Position numbers and translations under genes: made by a program. Source: Coraliomargarita sp. (lineage in GTDB: Bacteria; Verrucomicrobiota; Verrucomicrobiia; Opitutales; Coraliomargaritaceae). Taken from it: DNA of 64,000 bases. The notes beneath the pieces are model-generated. The model was not told the DNA's origin. It made no database searches and saw only the letters and a list, made by a program, of their open reading frames with translations. Below are positions 1 to 10,641 of the stretch, one piece after another. Every line of letters begins with the position of its first letter. Position 1 is the first letter of the stretch. The DNA lies in contig OZ244160.1 in the NCBI GenBank assembly GCA_965216325.1, forward strand, positions 2,368,001-2,432,000, in the 5' to 3' direction.

Positions 1-252
1 CTCGAGGGTGATGGCATCGACAAGGTATGGGACTTGATTTGCGAGTTCCGTGAGCAACTCACTGCCAGCGGTGTGTTTGAACAGCGCCGCCGTGAGCAGA
101 ATGTGGATTGGTTCCACTCTTTGATGCAGCAGGCGGTGATGCAGCGCTTTACCCTGCAGAAAGCGGATCAAATTCAATCCATGGAAGCCGCGGTGGGGCA
201 GGGCGAACTGCCGGTTTCGGTCGCGCTAAATGAATTGCTGAAGGACGATTGA
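1..252 (+). CDS. meaB: 3' end of methylmalonyl-CoA mutase-associated GTPase (MeaB/ArgK), truncated by the window edge
   Basis: Frame is open from base 1 (LEGDGIDKVWDLICEFREQLTASGVFEQRRREQNVDWF...), resembling the MeaB/ArgK C-terminus. Confidence 0.75.
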   Translation, partial: LEGDGIDKVWDLICEFREQLTASGVFEQRRREQNVDWFHSLMQQAVMQRFTLQKADQIQSMEAAVGQGELPVSVALNELLKDD

Positions 253-257
253 TTCGT

Positions 258-377
258 CCGTAGGGGCGTTGCTTGCCGTTTCGACAGGCTCAAGGCCCCG
301 AGTCTATCGAGGGGCGGCGCCCGCTCAGAGCAAAAGCCCTTCAGCTTAGGCGGGCTTCGCAAGCAACGCCCCTACGG
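258..377. repeat. GTAG-type REP doublet with nested insert
   Basis: 19-bp perfect inverted repeat CCGTAGGGGCGTTGCTTGC (258-276) / GCAAGCAACGCCCCTACGG (359-377), just after a stop codon. Confidence 0.8.
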
Positions 378-428
378 AATGTCTGGCTCCCGTGTTGACC
401 CATTTGGTCAATTAGGGAAATTGAGCTT

Positions 429-1403
429 ATGCTCACTCCCGAATACCGTGGTGGACTGTATCTGCCGACTTGTGATCTGTGGTTGGACGCTCCCAAGCGT
501 AAACCATTTGCAGTGGTCTCGCATGCGCACGGTGACCACGTGGCCCGGCACGAGTGCTTTCTGGCAACGCCTGCAACGATTGATCTGATTCGTGTGCGCA
601 TGGGGGACTCGGTCGCGCAGCGCGGGGTGAAGTTGCCATTCGGTGAGACCTATCAAGGCAAGGGGTACACGGTGCGGCTCTTGCCTGCTGGTCACGTGCT
701 CGGATCCGCGATGGTCTTGATTGAAACTGAGCGCGGGGAGTCGCTGCTCTACACGGGCGACTTTAAAACCAAGCAGGGTCTTTCTGCGGAGGCATTACAA
801 GTGGTGCGCGCAGAGACCTTGATCATGGAAACGACCTTCGGGCGACCGAACTATGTATTTCCCTCTACGGAGGATCTACACGAGCGTATCCGCAGTTTTT
901 GTGCGGAGACCTTGAGTACGGGGCAAACGCCGGTGTTATTGGCTTATTCCTTGGGCAAGGCGCAGGAGGTGTTGAAGATACTCGAGGGGCATGGCTTTTC
1001 ACTAATGGCGCATGCGAAGGTGCGTGAATTGAATCAGGTTTACAGCTATCATGGTATCCAGATGCCGGATACGCGGCCACTGGACTTCTTGAATATGGAT
1101 GGCCAAGTGGTGGTCATGCCACCTGCGGTGTCGAAAAAACTGCCCAAGCAGAATTGCCACGTCGCGATGGTGAGTGGCTGGGGCTTGGATGGCTCCGCTC
1201 GCTATCGCTATGGGGTCGATATGATGCTACCACTGTCTGATCACGCAGACTATCCAGACTTGTTGGGCTTTGTGGAGCAGGTGAGCCCGAAGCAGGTCTA
1301 TACCATGCATGGCTACGACCAGGACTTCGCGGCAGATCTGCGTGCACTCGGCATTACTGCCTGGTCGCTCAAGGGGCGGGATCAGCTAGAGCTATCGCTT
1401 TAG
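429..1403 (+). CDS. Metallo-beta-lactamase-fold (beta-CASP-like) nuclease, similar to ligase-associated DNA damage exonucleases
   Basis: SHAHGDH, AGHVLGS, YTGD, METTFG, AYSLGKAQE and LSDHAD motifs. Confidence 0.8.
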   Translation: MLTPEYRGGLYLPTCDLWLDAPKRKPFAVVSHAHGDHVARHECFLATPATIDLIRVRMGDSVAQRGVKLPFGETYQGKGYTVRLLPAGHVLGSAMVLIETERGESLLYTGDFKTKQGLSAEALQVVRAETLIMETTFGRPNYVFPSTEDLHERIRSFCAETLSTGQTPVLLAYSLGKAQEVLKILEGHGFSLMAHAKVRELNQVYSYHGIQMPDTRPLDFLNMDGQVVVMPPAVSKKLPKQNCHVAMVSGWGLDGSARYRYGVDMMLPLSDHADYPDLLGFVEQVSPKQVYTMHGYDQDFAADLRALGITAWSLKGRDQLELSL

Positions 1404-1501
1404 CAATTGATTCTGACTGCTGACTGTCCCGGTTCTTTGTTGCACAAAGCCCGGTCTTCTTATCACTTCGTTCTTCGGAACTATCTTCTGACTCCTTAAA
1501 A

Positions 1502-1747
1502 ATGCATCATGAACAACCGAATAACCCGCTGCATGGCTACACGCTGGAGGCGATTGTGACCAACCTGCAGGAATACTACGGTTGGGAAGGGCTAGGTGAG
1601 CGCATCAATATTCGCTGCTTTCAGAATGACCCCTCAGTGAAGTCGAGCCTGAAGTTTTTACGCAAGACACCTTGGGCGCGCAAAGAGGTGGAAGACCTGT
1701 TTGTCTATACGCTGAAGAAGTATGGCGAATCGGAGTCTTCCTCATGA
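1502..1747 (+). CDS. VF530/DUF2132 family small protein
   Basis: [10 protein letters not shown]...YYGW...INIRCF...[17 protein letters not shown] signature. Confidence 0.9.
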   Translation: MHHEQPNNPLHGYTLEAIVTNLQEYYGWEGLGERINIRCFQNDPSVKSSLKFLRKTPWARKEVEDLFVYTLKKYGESESSS

Positions 1748-1835
<88 letters not shown>

Positions 1836-1920
1836 TTTGACAGGATCCAAGCAGATCGTGAGAGCTGACTCTGTGAATAATTCAATTGACGCTGGTGGTG
1901 TGATCATGGACACAGGGGCC

Positions 1921-2676
1921 ATGATCGAAACTCCATCAGATGTAAATGGCATCCCAGCGGATGCAGCGGTAACCGCCAGCGGTCTGGCATCACGCGTGCT
2001 CGCAGCAGGCGAGGGCGGCGAGAGCCCCGCAGCAGCCGATACGGTGACTGTGCACTACAGTGGCTGGACCACGGACGGACAGCTGTTCGACAGCTCCGTA
2101 AAGCGCGGTCAGCCAGCAAGCTTCCCACTCAATCGCGTGATCAAGGGCTGGACCGAAGGTTTGCAGCTCATGGTGCCGGGCGAGAAGCGCCGCTTTTGGA
2201 TCCCAGCTGAGCTTGCGTATGGTGAGAATGCTGGTGGCGGCCGCCCGAGCGGCATGCTGGTTTTCGACGTGGAGCTCCTTTCCGTGCAAAAAGCACCTGA
2301 GCCACCGAAGACTCCGGAAGATGTTGCTGCAGCCCCAGCGGATGCTGAAGTGCGCGACAGCGGTCTTGCTTCCAAGGTGATCAAGGCGGGTTCTGGTAGC
2401 ACGAACCCGACCAAGGATAGCATGGTGACCGTTCACTACAGCGGTTGGACCACCGATGGTCAGCTGTTTGATAGCTCCGTTTTGCGCGGTGAACCCGCAA
2501 GCTTTGGCCTGTTTCAAGTGATCCCGGGTTGGACCGAAGGTGTGCAGCTGATGGTTGAAGGCGAAACCCGTCGCTTCTGGATCCCTGGCAAGCTTGCTTA
2601 CGGCGACAAGCCACAAGGCGGTGCACCAGCGGGCACACTGGTCTTCGATGTCGAGTTGATCAAAATCGGTCGTTAG
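1921..2676 (+). CDS. FKBP-type peptidyl-prolyl isomerase with two tandem FKBP domains (start 1921 or 1906; TTG at 1837 unlikely)
   Basis: Two copies of VTVHYSGWTTDGQLFDSS...VIxGWTEGxQLM...RRFWIPxxLAYG...LVFDVEL. Confidence 0.93.
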   Translation: MIETPSDVNGIPADAAVTASGLASRVLAAGEGGESPAAADTVTVHYSGWTTDGQLFDSSVKRGQPASFPLNRVIKGWTEGLQLMVPGEKRRFWIPAELAYGENAGGGRPSGMLVFDVELLSVQKAPEPPKTPEDVAAAPADAEVRDSGLASKVIKAGSGSTNPTKDSMVTVHYSGWTTDGQLFDSSVLRGEPASFGLFQVIPGWTEGVQLMVEGETRRFWIPGKLAYGDKPQGGAPAGTLVFDVELIKIGR

Positions 2677-2784
2677 ATAGAGCTTTCGCGAGGACTGAAA
2701 AATTCCTGCAAAGACTATTGACAAGGCAGGCGATCACGGAAGGATATGCCTCCTTCAATCGCCGAGCTGCCTAGGTAGTTCGCT

Positions 2785-2903
<119 letters not shown>

Positions 2904-2956
2904 TCGGATTTAGGGGTGTGAACTTGAAAGGGGAGAGCCTTTGAGCGATTGAGAGT

Positions 2957-4483
2957 TTATAGCGAGGGGGGCGCCCAGTTGGGAATGCCTGTCGTTGCTT
3001 TCTGCTGCTCATACTTGCCCAGATACTGTTTTTCGGCATCGAGTGGGGCGTCTTCATTGACCATGAGCGGGCGCACTTCGTCCCACCATTTGTCGTAAGC
3101 GGTGAGCATCGCTTCGGCGCGTTCGGGGTGTTTGGCTATCAGATCGTGTGCTTCGCCTGGGTCTTCTGTGGTCTTGTAGAGCTCTAGTGTGGGTTTGTTG
3201 GGAGTTTCGCCTGTGTTTCCAACCAAGCGCCATACTTCGCTGCGGACTGCGAACTGTTGATACTTAGCGCCGTCTGGCTCGAAGGGAGGAATGCTATGAA
3301 TGCCCTGGCCTTTCTCCGACCAGCGACCCAAATGGAAAAAGCTGAGGCGATCCGGCCATTCTATCTCGGGGCTCTCGATGAGTGGCAGTAAATTGCGGCC
3401 ATCGAGATCCAGCCCCTCGGGCAATTCGGCATCGGCGATTGCTGCGAAGGTGGGGAAAATGTCGTAGTGACGTGCGAATTGCTCGACGTCGACGCCTGCT
3501 TTAGTAACGCCGGGGAAACGAACGAAGAAGGGAACTCGGGTGGCCCCTTCGTAGTTTGTGGCTTTTCTGCCACGCATGCCAGCGTTGAAGATGTAGTCAC
3601 CGCGTGCAGTGCCATTGTCGGTCATGAAAATGAGAACGGTGTTCTCTGTCAGTTGCCACGCATCTAGCTTTTCCATGAGTAAGCCCATGTTATCGTCGAT
3701 GTTGGTGATCATGCCGAGGAAGTGGATGACTTCCTCTCGCTGTGCTTCGGGCACTTCGTCGCAGAGTTCCGCATAGATGGCGGCATATGCTTCGGGAGCG
3801 ATGAATGGACCGTGCGGAGCGTTGGTTGAAAGAAAGGCAAAGAAAGGCTGATCGTTTTTCTTAGCTTTGATCCATGCCAGGGCTTGTTGGAAAAACACAT
3901 CTGTGCAGTAACCCTCGGTTTGGACGAAGCGGTCGTTATGCTTCAGGATGGGGTTGAAATACGAGTTGCCTGGCACATCGGCTTGGCTTCCAGGATACAC
4001 TTGTCCGATGCCACCGGCACCATGAATGAAGACTTCATCGAAGCCCCGATTCTCGGGTTGATAGGCGTCGTCTTCGCCCAGGTGCCATTTCCCGAAAATA
4101 CCTGTGGTATAGCCTGCATTTTGAAGCACTTCGGCAATGGTTGTGGCCGAGAGTGCCATGCGCTCGCGCTCATAAATGGTATGGGTGATGCCAACTTTAA
4201 ATGGAGCCAGACCTGACATCAGGGCCCCACGTGTCGGCGCACAGGTCGGGCTGGTATGAAAGTCGGTAAAGCGTGTGCTTTGCGCATACAGCTTGTCTAG
4301 GTTTGGTGTTTTCAGAAACGGATGCCCGTGGCAGGCCAGATCGCCGTAGCCTTGGTCATCGGTCATAACCAAGATAATGTTCGGCGGGCTGTTCTCGTGT
4401 GCCCCGATGCTGGATGGCTCTGCGCCGTAACAGGCGGAGAGGAGTAGGGCGGGGGCTAGCAAAATGGCGGAGGGGACTTTCAT
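2957..4483 (-). CDS. Formylglycine-dependent (S1) sulfatase, exported (possible lipoprotein)
   Basis: PNIILVMTDDQGYGD, CAPTR, GKWHLG and TDNG motifs; N-terminal LLLSAC. Confidence 0.95.
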   Translation of the reverse strand: MKVPSAILLAPALLLSACYGAEPSSIGAHENSPPNIILVMTDDQGYGDLACHGHPFLKTPNLDKLYAQSTRFTDFHTSPTCAPTRGALMSGLAPFKVGITHTIYERERMALSATTIAEVLQNAGYTTGIFGKWHLGEDDAYQPENRGFDEVFIHGAGGIGQVYPGSQADVPGNSYFNPILKHNDRFVQTEGYCTDVFFQQALAWIKAKKNDQPFFAFLSTNAPHGPFIAPEAYAAIYAELCDEVPEAQREEVIHFLGMITNIDDNMGLLMEKLDAWQLTENTVLIFMTDNGTARGDYIFNAGMRGRKATNYEGATRVPFFVRFPGVTKAGVDVEQFARHYDIFPTFAAIADAELPEGLDLDGRNLLPLIESPEIEWPDRLSFFHLGRWSEKGQGIHSIPPFEPDGAKYQQFAVRSEVWRLVGNTGETPNKPTLELYKTTEDPGEAHDLIAKHPERAEAMLTAYDKWWDEVRPLMVNEDAPLDAEKQYLGKYEQQKATTGIPNWAPPSL

Positions 4484-4486
4484 GAT

Positions 4487-5863
4487 CTATTCGTTGGAGG
4501 CCATTGGATTTTCCAAGGCACCATGTTGTTCCAGTTCTTGATCCAGCTCTACCGGGATCAGCGCGAGTGCGTCGCCGGGCTCTAGAGTGATTTTGATGAC
4601 ACTGTGAACAGTGTGCTGCTTTTCACCTTTAAGTGTTACGGTGAGTGCATCGTCGGTCTGCTTTACGTCGACCTTCTCTCCGCCGAGTGCTTCCCAAGTC
4701 ACGACCTTGCGCGGAAGTGCAGGTAGCTTGAGTGCTCCGTTGGTCCACTGAAACACATGCAGGTATAGGCTGTCACCTTTCATATTGGATCCGCCCCATT
4801 GGCCGCTGATATAGGGGCCACCTTCAGTGCCATAGATGCTCTCTCCGTAGGTCTCGATCCATGGCTCGAACTGTTTGAGGTTCTCCAGTTCGGACGGGCG
4901 GATTGAGCCGTCGGCCATCGGGCCGATATTCAGGAGCAGATTCCCACAACCGGTGACGCATGCGGCCAGCATCTCTGCGCACTTCTCAAAACTGGCTGTA
5001 ATGGCTTCGGGCCGGTAAGACCAACCACCGTGACCGTTAGGGCCTTTCGACATTGGCATGCAGGTCTCCCAAGGGAAGTCCTTGTGGAAGACGCCAACCT
5101 TGCCTTCGGGGGTGAAGAAGTCGCCCTGCGTGAGCTCGACCATTCCGGGAGGTGGAGTGCCTGCGATGTCGGTTTTGATAAACTTGGCGGCGCGGTCGTT
5201 GATGATGATATTGGGCTGTAGTTCATAGATCATCTCGAAGAGTTCATCGAAACGATAGTCGTCCCAGGTGCCGGCTACGTGGTCGAACCACAGCATGTCA
5301 ACTTGGCCATAATCTGTTAGCAGTTCACGGATTTGTCCGTGATAGAAATCGTTATACTTGCTGTTGTCACCGACGAGGTAGTCCGGGTGATACCAGTCAC
5401 GAGTCGAGTAATACCAACCGAGTTTCAGGCCATGCTTGCGACAGGCATCGGCGAGCTCTTTGCAAATGTCGCGCTTAAAGGGCGTGTTGCTGATGTTGTA
5501 GTCTGATAGTTTCGTTGGCCACATGGCGAAGCCATCATGGTGCTTGGCGGTAAACACCAGATACTTCATGCCCGCCGCTTTTGCTGTCCGGACGATCTCA
5601 TCGGCATCGAAGTTTACCGGATTGAACTCTTTGTAGAGCTGGTCGTAAACCGCGTCGGGCACGACGTTCAGTTCACCGGGCCAGTCGAAGGGATGTGTTT
5701 TTCGTGCCCAGCTGATCTCAACGCCTTTGACGCTGGATGGACCCCAGTGGATGAACAAGCCGAACTTGGCGTCCTGCCACCAGTCCATCTTGTTTGCGTC
5801 GGATGCGGATGCACTCAGTGTGATGCCAAGTGCTCCGAGTATGCCTAGTAAAGCTCGTTTCAT
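4487..5863 (-). CDS. Alpha-L-fucosidase, GH29
   Basis: WWQDAKFGLFIHWG, AGMKYLVFTAKHHDGF, LWFD, INDR, WETC, GNLLLNIGP; signal peptide. Confidence 0.95.
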   Translation of the reverse strand: MKRALLGILGALGITLSASASDANKMDWWQDAKFGLFIHWGPSSVKGVEISWARKTHPFDWPGELNVVPDAVYDQLYKEFNPVNFDADEIVRTAKAAGMKYLVFTAKHHDGFAMWPTKLSDYNISNTPFKRDICKELADACRKHGLKLGWYYSTRDWYHPDYLVGDNSKYNDFYHGQIRELLTDYGQVDMLWFDHVAGTWDDYRFDELFEMIYELQPNIIINDRAAKFIKTDIAGTPPPGMVELTQGDFFTPEGKVGVFHKDFPWETCMPMSKGPNGHGGWSYRPEAITASFEKCAEMLAACVTGCGNLLLNIGPMADGSIRPSELENLKQFEPWIETYGESIYGTEGGPYISGQWGGSNMKGDSLYLHVFQWTNGALKLPALPRKVVTWEALGGEKVDVKQTDDALTVTLKGEKQHTVHSVIKITLEPGDALALIPVELDQELEQHGALENPMASNE

Positions 5864-5868
5864 TATGA

Positions 5869-8748
5869 TTACTTTTTAGAGATTCTGATTGGATCGCCTT
5901 CGACGACGCACTGGATTTCCATCCAAGGCTTCGCATCGTTATCCGCAGTGACGGATACAGTATGCCAGCCGGTGCCGGCAGCTTCGCCGGATTTCTGAAC
6001 CTTGAGTTCTTCGATTCGGTTCCAGTTGTTGTCATAGACAGTGGCGGTGTTGCCTCCGGTGTATTGGAGATACTGGCCTGTTTGAATCGTGCCGAGGACT
6101 TTGATGCTTTGTGTCCCACAGTGGATGACCGGATTGACGAGTTGTGACGCCTGCTCCTTGAGCGCCTTGATGCCTTCGACGGTGACATTGGCATGGGTGG
6201 AGGCGGGAACTTTGCCAAAGCCGATCTTGAGTGTGGGGTTCTTTGTGTAGTCGGCATGCTTCCAGGTCGCCATGCGCCAGCCCCACAAGCCTTCGGCCCA
6301 AGCGGCTTCGCCGTGCGGAATTTCGATGTAGCGGCGGCCCTTAAAGTTGATTGGCACGACGTAATCGCGCTTCGGCAGTTGAAGAACGAGCAATGCGTTG
6401 GAGCCATCGCCATCGACCCACATGCCGAGCGAGCGGTTTGCGCTGAGGTCGAGGGCTTCCTGCCACTTCGGTAGCGTGGACGTTTGCCATGATGGAGTTG
6501 CTTCGTTGTTGCGGTAGCTGAGCATCAAGGCAGCACCTTCGTCGGTGGCGACTGTGTCTTTGAGGTCTTGCAGCGTGTCTGCCGCAGGGCTCAGCGCGAG
6601 GTTGGATGCGTCATCATAATCCGTAGCCCAGAGCATTCGGATGGTGAATTGTATCTCTTGCGGTGCGAATGGGTTTTCAAGTTCAAGCTTGTCGCCCGGT
6701 TTGATGAATTGCTTCGGCGCGATACTGCCGTGCTCTTGACCAATGCTCCATTTAACGTCGCGGTTTTTTTCCTTTCGAGTCATGACCTTAGTCGGGTAGA
6801 TCGCATAGGAATCTGCTTCCTCTTTAAGCACCTGCACGAGGTCGGATTGTGTGTGGTTGCCGCCGAGGACGATTTGATCATGGGATTTATCGTCGACACG
6901 CAGGATGGCTTTGCGCTGCTCGTCAGTCATCAAGTCTGCAGCTTTTTTCCATGTGGCGACCAGCTTGCAGATTTCTTGAGACAGGCCGTGTGTGCGGAGG
7001 TCTTCGATACTGACGCCACGGTCCTGAGTTTTGATGCCGTAAACGGCACTCTTGGTTGCGGCGACTTGGCTCAACTGAAAGTTGGCATCCATAATCGTCG
7101 TGGCCGGACGTGAGGGATGCTCCGGCATCAGTGCGACGTAGTATTGGTGGCCTTTGATCGGCCCCACGATTTCTTTGGTCGCGTTAAACTTGTATTCGAA
7201 ATTACTTTCGGGCGGGCGCTCTGCGCTACTGTCGGCCATCACAGGGTGCTCGAGTTTTTCGTAAACCTTGGCCGCGAACTTATTATAGCCCCAGCCGATG
7301 GAGCGGGAGGGTCCCTCGTAGCAGTGGATTTCGCCGCCGTCGAACTCGGTGTTCTTCACTCCGGTTTCGTTGATCAGATCCGCAAAGTTGTGGGCGATCT
7401 CATCCAGTAGGGTGGAGCTGTTGTCCGGCAGGAAGTTGTGACCATAAGTGTCGATTAACCCCGCGGCATCGGTGCCTTCTGTATGTGCTGCGGCCAAAGT
7501 GGTGTATTTGCCGCGCTCGCAGTCCTTGAGAATCCAAACGTTTTGGTCGCTTTCCTCGAAGGATCCGACTTTGATGATCTCGTCACCAATACGCATGTGC
7601 TTGAAGTCATGGAAGAAGTGCATTGCCGGTGGAAGGGCATCGAAATTGTGCACGTTCGCACGCGGGATTTGATAGGGCAGCTCAACGCCGTAGTTTGGCT
7701 TGAAGTGAATGGTTGTTTGCGACGCATCAATGTCGCCGACGATGGTGCCGCCACCCCAGCTTGCGAGACGGCGATCCGGCTTAGTGCCGATATACTTTGG
7801 GTCGTGGTAGCCGATGCCACCACTAACATAGTGGAACAGCAGGCGCATGCCACGCTGTTGGAGGTATTCCGAGAACTCGGTGACATCCTTACGGCCCTGT
7901 GGGAAGATGTCCAAGTTGATGCCTTCGTTGGTCGTGTCGTTTGGCCAATAGTCACCACGCCAGATCCAGGGCATGAGATAGATGCCTTTGAGGCCAGCGG
8001 CTTCGGCATACTTGGAGCCCTCGTAGAGGTCTTCGAGCGAGTCCGCTTCGAACATCATACGGCTTTGGTCTGAGTATTCCTCCAGCCACGCGCGCATCCA
8101 CTGTTGAGCCGCTTCGTAGTTCCACTCGCCTTCGACAGCCGGGTGGGGGAGATCGAGTTCGCCCCACATGTGTAGCAGGGTGTCGTCTTCGTCGTGAGCA
8201 TCGCTTGGGCAGTAGAGTGCAAAGCCTCCGAGTGGATCATCTGCGTAGCGATGGTAGAGGAAGGGGAAGTTGACTTGGATGCGACCTTTCAGGCGATCCA
8301 GATGAGGCACCATGAAGTCGAGGGCGAGTGCTTTGACATTGCCCGTGGTGTTCATCTCGAAATGAAGCGTGAGGGCGCTGGATTGAGGGATGCCTTTAAG
8401 GCGCTCAATATTCAGCCCGACATACTTTTCTCCTTCGGTGATTTTGAAGATGATCTGCTGTGTGCCGTTGTCGGACTCAACGACGAGTTGCCCCGGTTCG
8501 CGAATCTCAACAACAGGCAGGTCGATCACTGCCTTGCTGGCATTGGCCAGATAGAAGCCTTTGCCGGGGGACGCGACATTCAAAAGCTCGGTGCCATCGG
8601 ATAGTTCAAAGGATGCCGGCTTGCCGTCTGCGGCGAAGCGTAGCGTGAAGCGTTCGTTTTCGAGTAAGGCAGATGCGAATGATAGTTGAGCCAACAGAAT
8701 GCTCCCCATGCATGTCGCGATCATTTTCTTCAGTCTATATGTTTTCAT
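5869..8748 (-). CDS. Large secreted hypothetical protein, possible glycoside hydrolase
   Basis: 959-aa ORF with signal peptide; barrel-like segments (AGLKGIYL, RGMRLLFHY, TEFDGGE); 5 bp upstream of the GH29 gene. Confidence 0.6.
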   Translation of the reverse strand: MKTYRLKKMIATCMGSILLAQLSFASALLENERFTLRFAADGKPASFELSDGTELLNVASPGKGFYLANASKAVIDLPVVEIREPGQLVVESDNGTQQIIFKITEGEKYVGLNIERLKGIPQSSALTLHFEMNTTGNVKALALDFMVPHLDRLKGRIQVNFPFLYHRYADDPLGGFALYCPSDAHDEDDTLLHMWGELDLPHPAVEGEWNYEAAQQWMRAWLEEYSDQSRMMFEADSLEDLYEGSKYAEAAGLKGIYLMPWIWRGDYWPNDTTNEGINLDIFPQGRKDVTEFSEYLQQRGMRLLFHYVSGGIGYHDPKYIGTKPDRRLASWGGGTIVGDIDASQTTIHFKPNYGVELPYQIPRANVHNFDALPPAMHFFHDFKHMRIGDEIIKVGSFEESDQNVWILKDCERGKYTTLAAAHTEGTDAAGLIDTYGHNFLPDNSSTLLDEIAHNFADLINETGVKNTEFDGGEIHCYEGPSRSIGWGYNKFAAKVYEKLEHPVMADSSAERPPESNFEYKFNATKEIVGPIKGHQYYVALMPEHPSRPATTIMDANFQLSQVAATKSAVYGIKTQDRGVSIEDLRTHGLSQEICKLVATWKKAADLMTDEQRKAILRVDDKSHDQIVLGGNHTQSDLVQVLKEEADSYAIYPTKVMTRKEKNRDVKWSIGQEHGSIAPKQFIKPGDKLELENPFAPQEIQFTIRMLWATDYDDASNLALSPAADTLQDLKDTVATDEGAALMLSYRNNEATPSWQTSTLPKWQEALDLSANRSLGMWVDGDGSNALLVLQLPKRDYVVPINFKGRRYIEIPHGEAAWAEGLWGWRMATWKHADYTKNPTLKIGFGKVPASTHANVTVEGIKALKEQASQLVNPVIHCGTQSIKVLGTIQTGQYLQYTGGNTATVYDNNWNRIEELKVQKSGEAAGTGWHTVSVTADNDAKPWMEIQCVVEGDPIRISKK

Positions 8749-8799
8749 AGATGTTTAAATGTATGGATAATGTAGATGGATACTAAAGTGAATCGTTAA

Positions 8800-10641
8800 C
8801 TAGTTCAGATCGTAGCCCTCTTGTTCGAGGTCGTCGCAGTGCTCCAGTTTGCTGTATAATTTAAAATAGGTGATGAATCCTGCTGCTGAAATGACGAGCA
8901 GCACCGCGCTCGTGCCCCATTGACAGGCGACGAGGTAGCCGATCGAAAAGAGCAGGACGAATAAACCGATCACGCCTGAAGCCCATGCCAATAGGATCAT
9001 GCTCAGTGGTGAAGGCTTTGGTAGATCGCCCTCGGCTTCGCAGAGTTTGCGGATTCGGTTCCAGCCCGGACCTGGTGGGATGGTGTGCTTGTAGAACTTC
9101 TTGAGCGTTTCGTCGTCTGCGGGCTTTGTCAGTAGAGTGACGATCACCCAGATGATGGTGGTAGCGACGAGCACGAGCACCATTTTGTGGCCGAAGAAGA
9201 CGAACCAGTTGTGGTCCGGGATCGCTTCGTTGGGCTCCCAGATGTGCAGCTTCGGAACCAGTATGAAGTCGATGAACAAGGCGACAATGATCGAGCCGAC
9301 CATGGCTGCGATTTCGGACCAGATGTTGGTGCGTGACCAAAGCCAGCGGAACACGAAGACCAGCACACCGCCGATCAGATAGAGTGGCATGCGCAGCAGG
9401 ATTTGGGTGATGCTATCAAATTGAAAGGCGAACCAGACGCCGAAGATCGCGAGTCCCAGCGAGAAGGCGCGTGATGCCCAGACATAGTGATGCTTACTGG
9501 CATCTTTGACTAAGAAGCGCTGGTAGAGGTCGTTCATCATTAGAGATGAGCCCCAGTTAAGGATGGTCGAGATGGTAGACATGAATGCGGCGATCATCGC
9601 TGCAGCCATGATGCCGAGCATCCCCACTGGCATGAGCTCCACGATCATTGCGGGATAGGTGCCGTCATAGTTTTCCAGGCCTGCAATCTGATTGGTTGGG
9701 CCAAGAATGATGAGTGATGCCAGTCCGGTAATGATCCATGGCCAACCATTCAGAACATAATAACAGAAGCCGAACCACATGAGCGAGAGCGATGCGTTCT
9801 TCTCATCCTTCGATGCGTAAACGCGTTGCCCCATGAAGCCACCGGATGTGGAGAGCTCGACACTGTAGATGAGTAGCCAGCCAAAGATCAGCATCCAGCT
9901 AAAGTTCGGGTTCCATGCGGATGGATCCGGGATGACTCGCATGGCATTGCCACTCCACTCGGGGATGGCCATCAACTGCTCCCGCATCGCGAGCAAGCCG
10001 CCGCACTCGTTGACCGCGACCACGGCAAGGTAGATCGTGCCGAAGGTTGCGACGAAATATTGAATGAAATCAGTCGCGACGACGCCCCATAAGCCCGAGC
10101 TGATGGAGTAGATCAAGACGATGCCCATGAAAATCATGGTGCCAGTGGTCCGATCGATGCCGAAGAGTGATTCTAAAATGACACCCATGGCGAGAGTGAC
10201 CCAACCTAAGGTGACGGCTGCTTTAAAGACGCCACCGTAAACTGCGTTGAAGCCGCGAAAGATCTTTGCCGCCTTGCCGGAGTAACGCATCTCCAGCAGT
10301 TCGATTTCGGTGACGACGCGCGCTCTGCGCCAGAGGCGGGCAAATAAGACCGCGGCCATGACGACCCCGAATCCGGGAATGAAAAACAGCCAGCCGGCAT
10401 CCAGGCCGAACTGCCGGACATTTCCTGTGTGGAACAGTGGCGTGTCGGCTGCGAACATCGTCGCAACGATCGAGGTGCCTGCGATCCACCATGGCAATTT
10501 TCGTCCAGCAAGGAAGTAATCGTCTGTGCTGCCGCTGGCTCTTTTCACAAAGAACAGCCCCACGGCAATACAGACTACAAAGTAAATGAGCACCACGATC
10601 CAGTCGATCAGGTGCAGGTTGCCAAAGCTAACATCAGGCAT
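8800..10641 (-). CDS. Sodium:solute symporter (SSS) family transporter
   Basis: DYFLAGRKLPWW, SIVATMFAADTP, GLWGVVATD, AAFMSTISTILNWGSS; many TM helices. Confidence 0.93.
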   Translation of the reverse strand: MPDVSFGNLHLIDWIVVLIYFVVCIAVGLFFVKRASGSTDDYFLAGRKLPWWIAGTSIVATMFAADTPLFHTGNVRQFGLDAGWLFFIPGFGVVMAAVLFARLWRRARVVTEIELLEMRYSGKAAKIFRGFNAVYGGVFKAAVTLGWVTLAMGVILESLFGIDRTTGTMIFMGIVLIYSISSGLWGVVATDFIQYFVATFGTIYLAVVAVNECGGLLAMREQLMAIPEWSGNAMRVIPDPSAWNPNFSWMLIFGWLLIYSVELSTSGGFMGQRVYASKDEKNASLSLMWFGFCYYVLNGWPWIITGLASLIILGPTNQIAGLENYDGTYPAMIVELMPVGMLGIMAAAMIAAFMSTISTILNWGSSLMMNDLYQRFLVKDASKHHYVWASRAFSLGLAIFGVWFAFQFDSITQILLRMPLYLIGGVLVFVFRWLWSRTNIWSEIAAMVGSIIVALFIDFILVPKLHIWEPNEAIPDHNWFVFFGHKMVLVLVATTIIWVIVTLLTKPADDETLKKFYKHTIPPGPGWNRIRKLCEAEGDLPKPSPLSMILLAWASGVIGLFVLLFSIGYLVACQWGTSAVLLVISAAGFITYFKLYSKLEHCDDLEQEGYDLN

